Both the position numbers and the translations under genes were made by a program. A DNA stretch of 24,000 nt, from positions 1,559,547 to 1,583,546 of the forward strand of contig MTMB02000001.1 in the NCBI GenBank assembly GCA_002011085.2, in the 5' to 3' direction. The notes under the pieces are model-generated. The model searched no databases. It had not been told where the DNA came from and saw only the letters and a program-made list of their open reading frames with translations. Shown in pieces: positions 9,047-16,761 of the stretch. How positions within the stretch are numbered: the first letter of the stretch is position 1; every line of letters begins with the position of its first letter. The DNA is from Candidatus Geothermarchaeum rappei. GTDB lineage: Archaea > Thermoproteota > Nitrososphaeria > Geothermarchaeales > JDFR-13.

Positions 9047-9271
9047 CTATTCTGGGTATTTACAGTGGATTACTCCCCGTATTCTCCTAGCGAAATACTC
9101 GCATACCATACATATCATAGGAGACTGCTCCTTACTGTTCATAGGACAAAAGAGAACCTCCTTTTTCATAAACTTCACTTTTCTCTCAATACCTAGCCTC
9201 TTGATTTCTTCCCTTATCTCTTTAGGCACTCTAATTGTTTTGTCAACTTTCTTCACAGGAATATGTCTCAT
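9047..9271 (-). CDS. Small conserved-looking protein with four cysteines, possibly metal-binding
   Basis: 74 aa: basic N-terminal half, then CPMNSKEQSPMICMVCEYFARRIRGVIHC; start/stop context plausible. Confidence 0.55.
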   Translation of the reverse strand: MRHIPVKKVDKTIRVPKEIREEIKRLGIERKVKFMKKEVLFCPMNSKEQSPMICMVCEYFARRIRGVIHCKYPE

Positions 9272-9348
9272 GTTAAATATTAAGACCTAGATATGATATT
9301 TTACCTTTAACTATTATTCCAAGCTATTTGTGTTTATGGTGAATAAAA

Positions 9349-9915
9349 ATGGGTATTAAACCCTATGTTCTCTCTCCTTTTCTCAAGAAACTCATTTGGC
9401 TCGGTAAGAAAGCTTATAGTCATGGATATGTAGTAGCCAATGGGGGGAACCTGAGTTGCAGAATAGATGACTTTATAGTAATCAAAAAGAGCGGCTGTTC
9501 CTTGTCTTCATTAACTCCACGAGATTTCTTAATAACTTCTCTTAATAAAGAAAGGGTTAGAGAAGCCTCTATTGACTATAAAATACATCGGGCAATTTAC
9601 CTAAACAGTACATCCCTATTTGTATTGCATGCTCACCCCGAGAACGTGATTGCCCTCTCTATCCAAACAGGAGATTCTTTTTCTCCTCTGGATTTCGAGA
9701 GCAAATATTATCTTGGAAACAAAATTCCAATTGTCTCTGGAAACCATAAAAATATCCACAGAAAAATGGGTCTATTATCATCTGAAAATAAAATAATAAT
9801 AGAAAGAGGCCATGGTGTCTACATACATGGAAAAAGTGTTATAGAGTTATTCCGAAATTTGGAAAGGCTTGAGCATGCGGCGAAGGTAGTGTTAAAAAAC
9901 AGGGTTCTTGGATAA
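9349..9915 (+). CDS. Class II aldolase/adducin-family protein (possible methylthioribulose-1-phosphate aldolase/dehydratase or fuculose-phosphate aldolase-like)
   Basis: GGNLSCRIDDFIVIKKSG, LFVLHAHPENVIAL (HxH metal ligands), GHGVYIHG...LERLEHAA (third His). Confidence 0.85.
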   Translation: MGIKPYVLSPFLKKLIWLGKKAYSHGYVVANGGNLSCRIDDFIVIKKSGCSLSSLTPRDFLITSLNKERVREASIDYKIHRAIYLNSTSLFVLHAHPENVIALSIQTGDSFSPLDFESKYYLGNKIPIVSGNHKNIHRKMGLLSSENKIIIERGHGVYIHGKSVIELFRNLERLEHAAKVVLKNRVLG

Positions 9916-9919
9916 CGGT

Positions 9920-10957
9920 CTATCCTTCCTTCTCTATCCTGTTGAAAAGTCTATTGATACTTTCCTCAAATGGAGGATACAATACTTCATATTCAGTGAC
10001 TATGCCCGTTATATATTCTGGAGGGGTTTCATCGAAAGCTGGATTAAAAATTTTTATTGTCTTAGGCGCAATTTGACATTCAGAAACATATATAACTTCC
10101 TTTGGACTCCTCTCCTCTATTTCAACATCAGCTCTACTGCTTTTTAAATCGAAAGTTGATGTAGGAGCTACCGTATAAAACTCTATTCCCATTTCTCTAG
10201 CTAATATCGCAATCTGGAAAGTTCCTATCTTATTGTACAGTGTTCCGTCTCTCAATATCCTGTCTGCTCCCAACAATACTTTGGTTATCCCTTTTGTCTT
10301 CATAGTATGTGCCACGGCGGTATCTGGTATCAGATATGCGTCTACTCCCTCCCTCACTAACTCGAATGCAGTTAATCTGGCACCTTGTAATTTAGGTCTT
10401 GTCTCTGTAGCATATACCTTAATTTTCTTACCAAGCCTATGGGCCATTATAATTACGCCTAGTGCAGTCCCTATTGAAACTGTTGCCAAAGAGCCTGTAT
10501 TACAATGCGTCAAAATTACGTCTCCATCTTCAATAATTGATTGTCCAACTTCTGCCATTCTTTTATTTATCTCGATATCTTTCCTCATCATTTCAACTGC
10601 ATATTCTATAGCTGCTTTTGCAGGATCAAGGGATTTCTCCGCCACTTCTAGTACTCTATCAATAGCGTTGAAAAGATTAACTGCAGTTGGACGTGTTTTT
10701 CTCAATATCTCAGCAGCTTTATGTAGCTCCGAAAGTATTCTTTCACCTCTATCATGCCTATATTTATAGGCTACTAAAGCGAGTCCCAACGCTGCTGTAA
10801 CACCTATTAAGGGGGCTCCCCTTACACGCATACTTATAATTGCCTCTGCTACATCATCTACAGTCTCCAATGTTTTATAGACAAGTTTTTTAGGAAGCTT
10901 TGTCTGATCTATGATAACTATCTTACCATCCTTCCAGTAAATGCTTTGTAAAGGCAT
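9920..10957 (-). CDS. mtnA: S-methyl-5-thioribose-1-phosphate isomerase (eIF-2B alpha-like family)
   Basis: 345 aa; MRVRGAPLIGVTAALGLAL, ILTHCNTGSLATVSIGTALG, YATETRPKLQGARLTAFEL, GADRILRDGTLYNKIGT. Confidence 0.92.
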   Translation of the reverse strand: MPLQSIYWKDGKIVIIDQTKLPKKLVYKTLETVDDVAEAIISMRVRGAPLIGVTAALGLALVAYKYRHDRGERILSELHKAAEILRKTRPTAVNLFNAIDRVLEVAEKSLDPAKAAIEYAVEMMRKDIEINKRMAEVGQSIIEDGDVILTHCNTGSLATVSIGTALGVIIMAHRLGKKIKVYATETRPKLQGARLTAFELVREGVDAYLIPDTAVAHTMKTKGITKVLLGADRILRDGTLYNKIGTFQIAILAREMGIEFYTVAPTSTFDLKSSRADVEIEERSPKEVIYVSECQIAPKTIKIFNPAFDETPPEYITGIVTEYEVLYPPFEESINRLFNRIEKEG

Positions 10958-11054
10958 AAATAAATAATCTGTTAATGAGTTAGAAAAATATGTATCATTG
11001 TGATGCGTAAACTATTATATTGAGCTAGACAATTGTTTTAATTCTGGATGGGGT

Positions 11055-11570
11055 ATGAAAATTAGTTTCAAGAAGGATGGAGTAGTCATCACTGGAAAAG
11101 ATCTCTCTTCTAAACTTCATAGATTTGGGGAGCCTAAAGGGAACGGAATATTGATTCCTAGGCTTGCCTTCCTATACATGATTGAAAAAGGCATAATTAC
11201 AGAGAATGAAAGCGATATATTTGAATATGATTTCCAAGTTGTTTTAAAACGGTTCAAGAGAAACGATCCCAAAATATTTTCCAAGTATCTTATTTTCAGA
11301 GACCTTGTTGATAGAGGATATATGGTGATCGAAGGATACGGTAAGGATATTGATCTCCTAGTTTATGATAAGGGAGATTATCCAGAGAAACCTCCGTCAA
11401 TTAGAGTTATCGGAGTCGAGGAAGGCGAGCATATAAAGGTGAGTAAAATAGTGGATGAACTACATTTTAGTAATTTAAATAAAAAACGTCTAGTCGTCGC
11501 AGTAATAGAGCGAAGAGGAGAAGTTATATATTACGACATTAGAAGTAGCTTCGGGGATGTGGATGAGTAA
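11055..11570 (+). CDS. endA: tRNA-splicing endonuclease (EndA-family) subunit, possibly the structural type
   Basis: KYLIFRDLVDRGYMVIEGYGKDIDLLVYDKGDYP...NKKRLVVAVIERRGEVIYYDI matches the EndA C-terminal domain; catalytic His not found at its expected position. Confidence 0.85.
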   Translation: MKISFKKDGVVITGKDLSSKLHRFGEPKGNGILIPRLAFLYMIEKGIITENESDIFEYDFQVVLKRFKRNDPKIFSKYLIFRDLVDRGYMVIEGYGKDIDLLVYDKGDYPEKPPSIRVIGVEEGEHIKVSKIVDELHFSNLNKKRLVVAVIERRGEVIYYDIRSSFGDVDE

Positions 11571-12411
11571 GATACACGGTTTTATACAGTTAATGCGAGT
11601 TCCTAATGATATAGTGATAGGGCTAGCTGTTATAGTGGGTGAGGTAATGGGCGTAGGCACCCTCCCAAACCCAAACATCGTTTTACTAGGATTCCTCAGT
11701 GGATTCTTCACCTGTGCATCCATTATGGTTTTAAATGATGTTTTCGATATAGATATAGATAAAATAAACGCGCCTTCCCGTCCCCTTCCAAGCGGGTTGG
11801 TAAGTATCTCATCCGCAACCATATTTTCAATTTTCCTATTTATAATCGGTGCATTTACGTCTGTTTTACTTTCTACACTAAATTTAATTATAGTAGTTAT
11901 ATTCTGGCTGTTGGGTGTTCTGTATAATTGGCGGCTTAAAAAAACCGGTTTTCTTGGGAATGTAGTCGTGTCTCTTTCTGTAGCTATTCCCTTCTTCTAC
12001 GGTGCAGTAGCGATAGGACGGGGAATGGATCTACTTGTATTACTATTCTCTTCTATGGCTTTCTTGACCAATCTAGGTAGGGAGATTATAAAAGGTATAA
12101 TGGATGTTAAAGGGGACTTGGAAGGGGGAGTTATGACGATAGCCGTAAAATACGGTGCATCAACAGCCTACTACCTATCAACTTTTCTTATTCTAATAGC
12201 TGTTTCGATAAGCCCCATCCCCATTATCCTAAATATTGTTAATGTCTTTTTATACACTCCCCTAGTAGTGCTGACGGATATATTTCTCTTATACGCAGTT
12301 TTTAAGGCACGTACTAAAGAGCATAAAAATCTCTATGAGTCTAAAAAGCTTATTCTATATGGAATGTTTATCGGTATATTAGCCTTCATGTTCGGTGTTA
12401 TAACACTATAA
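11557..12411 (+). CDS. UbiA-family prenyltransferase, probable digeranylgeranylglyceryl phosphate synthase
   Basis: NDVFDIDIDKINAPSRPLPSG (first Asp-rich motif) and second motif REIIKGIMDVKGD; polytopic; overlaps the EndA stop. Confidence 0.88.
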   Translation: MWMSKIHGFIQLMRVPNDIVIGLAVIVGEVMGVGTLPNPNIVLLGFLSGFFTCASIMVLNDVFDIDIDKINAPSRPLPSGLVSISSATIFSIFLFIIGAFTSVLLSTLNLIIVVIFWLLGVLYNWRLKKTGFLGNVVVSLSVAIPFFYGAVAIGRGMDLLVLLFSSMAFLTNLGREIIKGIMDVKGDLEGGVMTIAVKYGASTAYYLSTFLILIAVSISPIPIILNIVNVFLYTPLVVLTDIFLLYAVFKARTKEHKNLYESKKLILYGMFIGILAFMFGVITL

Positions 12412-12509
12412 CTATCTCTCTTTTTATGGCCAAATGACAATATTATTATTTTTGACTTAACTCCCATGTTATGTAAATATTTGTAATAGATGGTGCTGGT
12501 GAAGATATC

Positions 12510-13787
12510 GTGAGTAAGAAAAACCGTTTAGGGTTACCTAGAGGAATACGGGATATCTCTCCAGATAAATATGAGTTGTATCTATGGTTATTGGACCGGT
12601 TTAGGGCGATATGTAACAAATATAATTACAAGGTGATGGAACCTGCCACCTTAGAGTTCTTCGAAACATTATCCCTTAAATCAGGTCCAGATATTGCAAA
12701 CGAAATATACGAGTTTAAAGATAAGGCAGACCGTCATCTAGGTCTTAGATTTGATTTAACAGTTGGTTTAACAAGATATGTTACCTCTCATCCTGAGTTA
12801 CCTAAACCTATTAGACTAGCTGCTTACTCGGTTCAATGGCGATATGATGAGCCTCAATTTGGAAGATACAGAAGTTTCTATGCATGGGATATAGAAATAT
12901 ACGGAGGTAACGAAATATATTCATCTGCGGAAGTAATTCTCCTAGTAGATAAACTTCTAAAATCAATCGGTCTAAAACATTACGAAATAAGGATTTCTGA
13001 TAGGCGTTTAGTGGAAAACGTCATAAAATATTTTTCTCCCAACGGTAATGTTCCTGCAATTATGCGAGCCTTAGATAAATGGGGTAAGATCGATAAGAGT
13101 GAGATCATCTCCCTGATTAATAGAGCAGGGGGCGATAATATTGATGATATGCTCTCTCTTCTTTTTGAGTCGAAGGAAAGTGACTTTCTATCTATAATTA
13201 ATAAATTCGGCGGAAAAATCTTGGAGAAGGTGTATGCTATACTAAAAGATGACTTGTCTGTAGATAGGGTCCGCCTCGACCCAAGTATAGTTAGAGGGTT
13301 AGATTATTATGATGGAATTGTTTTCGAAGTAAAGTCAAAAAAGGGTGTGGAAATCGGGTCTATAGTCGGTGGAGGTAGCTTCTCTAAGCTAGTAAGCCTA
13401 TTTGGAGGAGATATGAATGCATTTGGTGCTGCTGGAGGTGTAGAACGCCTACTTTTAGCTCTTGAAAAAGAGGGAGTAAAGATAGATCTAAAAAAACCAC
13501 CTTTAGTCTTAGTTATTCCATTGGAAGAGGAGCTGATAACGTATTCCATAAAGTTATCTGAGAAACTAAGAGACTTATCTAACGCTAGAATCGAGTCACC
13601 AGTTTTATATCGATCTTTAAAGAAGTATCTTCAGTATGCAAATAAAATAACAGCAGATTACGTTATCTTCATTGGAAAAGCTGAGGCATCTACAGGTAAA
13701 ATAAAATTAAGAGATATGAATAAAAGGATGGAATATACCGTTTCCATCGAGGAAGCCGCTGAGATTCTATCTAAAGAGAAGGATTAG
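12510..13787 (+). CDS. hisS: Histidyl-tRNA synthetase
   Basis: 425 aa; GIRDISPDKYELY, LRFDLTVGLTRY, YRSFYAWDIEIYG, LDYYDGIVFEV, GGGSFSKLV, class II motifs. Confidence 0.95.
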   Translation: MSKKNRLGLPRGIRDISPDKYELYLWLLDRFRAICNKYNYKVMEPATLEFFETLSLKSGPDIANEIYEFKDKADRHLGLRFDLTVGLTRYVTSHPELPKPIRLAAYSVQWRYDEPQFGRYRSFYAWDIEIYGGNEIYSSAEVILLVDKLLKSIGLKHYEIRISDRRLVENVIKYFSPNGNVPAIMRALDKWGKIDKSEIISLINRAGGDNIDDMLSLLFESKESDFLSIINKFGGKILEKVYAILKDDLSVDRVRLDPSIVRGLDYYDGIVFEVKSKKGVEIGSIVGGGSFSKLVSLFGGDMNAFGAAGGVERLLLALEKEGVKIDLKKPPLVLVIPLEEELITYSIKLSEKLRDLSNARIESPVLYRSLKKYLQYANKITADYVIFIGKAEASTGKIKLRDMNKRMEYTVSIEEAAEILSKEKD

Positions 13788-14567
13788 TCTATCCCCTGGT
13801 TTTACACCACCGAGTATCTCCGCTGCGCTCTTCATATTACCTACTATTTCAAGCATTTCGCTACTACCTATTAAGATGCCTAACTCTCTCCGTTTAATCT
13901 CGCCGAATACAGTTACTTTCTCAACTATAATCTCTTTATCACTATATTTCACAGACTTTATTTTATCGGCTACTTTATCATATAGAGCACCCGGGACATT
14001 AGTGATTATGTTTCCAAATCTATCTATGTGTATAACATATGCAATTAATCCATCTGTCTTTACTTCTGGGTTAGGCCAAGCTTGGCTTATTATGCTATTA
14101 AGATTTATTAATCGGCCAAGTTCCTCGACTCTAACTCCTTTAGAGAGATATGCTGCTGTAGGTGCATATATGTCTCTACCATGGAATGTTGATGAGATTT
14201 CGTGTTTGTAGAGATGAGTCTCGATATTAATTTCAAATACTCTTTCTAATCCGTCTCTATGAGCCGCAGGATATAATAATCCATTATCAGGTCCAATCAA
14301 AAAATGGTTTCTTGTTTCAATGATTATATTCCTCCTATCTGTTCCCACACCTGGATCTACTACTCCAACTATAATTGAGTTTTTAGGAAGATGTGGGATT
14401 ATCTGCCATAGAATAAATCCCCCCTCAGAAATATTCCATGGAGCCACATTATGTGTTATATCAACTATCTCAGCCCCTGGATTTATCGATAGAATAATTG
14501 CTTTCATCGCGGCAACATAATAATCTCTATACCCAAAATCTGTGAGTAAAAAGATAGGCCTTCTCAT
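13767..14567 (-). CDS. SAM hydroxide adenosyltransferase (DUF62 / SAM-dependent halogenase-like family)
   Basis: LTDFGYRDYYVAAMKAIILSINPGAEIVDITHNV, GVVDPGVGTDRR, GPDNGLLYPA, TFHGRDIYAPTAAYL. Confidence 0.92.
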   Translation of the reverse strand: MRRPIFLLTDFGYRDYYVAAMKAIILSINPGAEIVDITHNVAPWNISEGGFILWQIIPHLPKNSIIVGVVDPGVGTDRRNIIIETRNHFLIGPDNGLLYPAAHRDGLERVFEINIETHLYKHEISSTFHGRDIYAPTAAYLSKGVRVEELGRLINLNSIISQAWPNPEVKTDGLIAYVIHIDRFGNIITNVPGALYDKVADKIKSVKYSDKEIIVEKVTVFGEIKRRELGILIGSSEMLEIVGNMKSAAEILGGVKPGDRLILLFR

Positions 14568-14649
14568 ATTTCTCCCCCCTACTTCATAAACAACGAACCT
14601 AGCTATAAACTAGACAAGAATATACATAGGTCTAGCAATAGGTGAGTGG

Positions 14650-14739
14650 CGGACCCGCGGGGATTTGAACCCCGGACCGCCGGCTCCCTCCCGGTTCTGA
14701 TAGGAGGCCGGCGCCCTATCCAGGCTAGGCTACGGGTCC
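14650..14739 (-). tRNA. tRNA-Arg (CCT) with a 15-nt intron (14686-14700); CCA encoded (14649-14647)
   Basis: Acceptor GGACCCG/CGGGTCC; anticodon stem CCGGC/GCCGG; spliced loop CTCCTAA; 4-bp central helix CTCC/GGAG with 3-nt bulges TAT and GGA (bulge-helix-bulge). Confidence 0.9.
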
Positions 14740-14813
14740 AATCAAACTATTTAATTAAAATTTAAAATAACTTTTAAATTAATTTTGTATGGAACAACGG
14801 GCCAGATATATAT

Positions 14814-14925
14814 GCGGGGGTTCCCCTAGCCTGGCCAACGGGGGCGGACTTAAGATCTCACCGTGTAGGTGATATAAGAGATCCGCTGGCAGAGGCCTTC
14901 GTGGGTTCAAATCCCACCCCCCGCA
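14814..14925 (+). tRNA. tRNA-Leu (TAA) with a 26-nt intron (14855-14880); CCA encoded 14926-14928
   Basis: Acceptor GCGGGGG/CCCCCGC; anticodon stem GCGGA/TCCGC; central helix CTTA/TAAG with AGA and AGA bulges; T-arm GTGGGTTCAAATCCCAC; long variable arm. Confidence 0.93.
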
Positions 14926-14929
14926 CCAC

Positions 14930-16138
14930 CTAATCTTTTTTCTTTTCTAATTTGTTTGAGAATATCCATACACCGATAGTCGTTACTATGTTCGTTAAAA
15001 TTATTATATAGGTTATAAGCGACATAAAGACTAAATTCAAGTCTAGGTTGTATCTAAGGAGATAAATACTCAATGTTGCGGGAACCATGCCTTGTGCACA
15101 CATAACGGTTATTATCATCCTCTCTCTTTTAATAGGCGAGTTATAAGTTGCTAGAGAAACAGCGAGATAGCGCGTAAATAGAAGTATCAATAGGAAGAAT
15201 CCACTATATATCAGTCCTATGTATATAAAACTAGGGTCGACTATGAATACAAGCCCCAAAAAAACAAAGAAGAATGTTTCTAATAGGAATGATATTTCAT
15301 CCTGAAATCTCCTCAGGCCTGATATAACACTACTCATATCCCCGTATGTCTCGATGATTCTTGATATCATTTTATAGTTGGATAACAGCAGTCCGAAGAT
15401 AAGCACCCCGAGCTCACCATTTCCACCTAACCATTTTACAGTCGCGTATATCACTAGTACAAGCCCGATGGTTAATACATAAGTGTACTCTTCCTCCCTA
15501 AACCTGAACAACATTTTAATAGATATTAGAGATAGGAACAGTCCCACGATTAAGGCTATCGAGAAGCTACTGGCTATCATTGTTGTAGCTGCATATATGT
15601 CAGCTGATCCAACCAGCCACTGGTTTAGAAAGACAAAAAACAAGACTATAGTTATTATTGTGCTAATTGCAGTCTCTAACGTTAGAAGTGATTTAACTTC
15701 GTCAGACAGGCCTAGAGAAAAAGCTAGTGGCACTACGACTGCTGCAGTTATCTCTCCCCCTGTCATAGAACTAAATATAAACGACTCTACCAAAGGCCAG
15801 CCTAGAAATATATTACATACTAATCCTATCAAAAACACACTTGATAAAATATAGGTTGAAGACTGCATCAATGCCCGACCGCTCTGAGAAACTATATCCT
15901 TGATGCTTAGATGCAATCCACTATAAAACGTGACCATTATAAGAGTGAAACTACTGAATATCTCCATTAATGGAATGAACGCTTCTCGATCCACGAATCC
16001 CAATGGAGCTATTAATATGCCCACGAAGATCAGTAGTAGAAAAGACGGTATATTTGTCCTCTTGAAGAAAATATGGCTTAAAAAACCAAGCAAAATAATA
16101 GTGGCCATGATGAAAAACACAAATATTTCACTGATCAT
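14930..16138 (-). CDS. Cation/proton antiporter (Kef/Nha-type, CPA family)
   Basis: 402-aa polytopic protein: LLLIFVGILIAPLGFVD, SFTLIMVTFYSGLHLSIKDI, MTGGEITAAVVVPLAFSLGLSDEVKSLLTLETAIS. Confidence 0.82.
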   Translation of the reverse strand: MISEIFVFFIMATIILLGFLSHIFFKRTNIPSFLLLIFVGILIAPLGFVDREAFIPLMEIFSSFTLIMVTFYSGLHLSIKDIVSQSGRALMQSSTYILSSVFLIGLVCNIFLGWPLVESFIFSSMTGGEITAAVVVPLAFSLGLSDEVKSLLTLETAISTIITIVLFFVFLNQWLVGSADIYAATTMIASSFSIALIVGLFLSLISIKMLFRFREEEYTYVLTIGLVLVIYATVKWLGGNGELGVLIFGLLLSNYKMISRIIETYGDMSSVISGLRRFQDEISFLLETFFFVFLGLVFIVDPSFIYIGLIYSGFFLLILLFTRYLAVSLATYNSPIKRERMIITVMCAQGMVPATLSIYLLRYNLDLNLVFMSLITYIIILTNIVTTIGVWIFSNKLEKKKD

Positions 16139-16305
16139 ATAGGGTCATCATCCAAATAAGACGATACCTACATATCCAAAGAAATATATCGTAAAATTAT
16201 AATTTAATACGTTTCACATTTTTGGTATCATTAAAAGAAAATTGTTTATTTCGTGCGAAATCAATAAAAACTATGTACATTAGCTATGCAAGTAATATGG
16301 TTATG

Positions 16306-16379
16306 CGGGCCCGGCGGGATTCGAACCCGCGACCCCCGGGTTAAGAGCCCGGTGCTCTCCCTGGCTAAGCTACGGGCCC
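16306..16379 (-). tRNA. tRNA-Lys (CTT), no intron
   Basis: GGGCCCGTAGCTTAGCCAGGGAGAGCACCGGGCTCTTAACCCGG...GCGGGTTCGAATCCCGCCGGGCCC; loop CTCTTAA. Confidence 0.95.
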
Positions 16380-16481
16380 GTTTTTACTTAGAATATGTCT
16401 GTTCGAGCTTATCCTCTTATATTAATTACTTGACTACTTTATAAAATTCTCACTCTCTGAAATTAAACAAGACGTGGTGTA

Positions 16482-16576
16482 TGGGCCCGGCCGGATTCGA
16501 ACCGGCGACCTCTCGGTATATGCCCCCTTTATTGGGGTTATCAGCCGAGCGCTCCGCCAGGCTGAGCTACGGGCCC
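16482..16576 (-). tRNA. tRNA-Ile (GAT) with a 21-nt intron (about 16518-16538)
   Basis: Acceptor GGGCCCG/CGGGCCC; stem CTCGG/CCGAG; spliced loop CTGATAA; intron ACCCCAATAAAGGGGGCATAT contains a CCCC/GGGG helix; relaxed BHB. Confidence 0.88.
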
Positions 16577-16761
16577 TCTTGTCAAAAATACGTTTAATGC
16601 TCCCCTTATTAAAAAAATTTTCTGTGAGGGGCCAGAGGGTTCAACATCAACTTATTTGATAAGGTCGGTATAAGAATATTAATTTATTATTTAGGAACTA
16701 AATTATAGTATAGCATTTTTCGCGAGTGGGGCTGGTTGCTTAATACGTACAATTAGCGATT

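Noticed and set aside
9024-9290. Overlapping 61- and 88-aa ORFs on + strand at 9011-9290
   Set aside because: The minus-strand four-Cys protein is the better coding candidate; only one can plausibly be real.
14893-14921. 29-bp perfect direct repeat with 21372-21400 (AGGCCTTCGTGGGTTCAAATCCCACCCCC)
   Set aside because: Explained by shared variable/T-arm and acceptor sequence of two tRNA-Leu isoacceptors. The genes between them are housekeeping, so it does not support att sites.
16474-16659. ORF on + strand beginning MVYGPGRIRTGDLSVYAPF
   Set aside because: It is the antisense translation of tRNA-Ile(GAT); GPGRIRTGDL is a classic tRNA-derived false protein.
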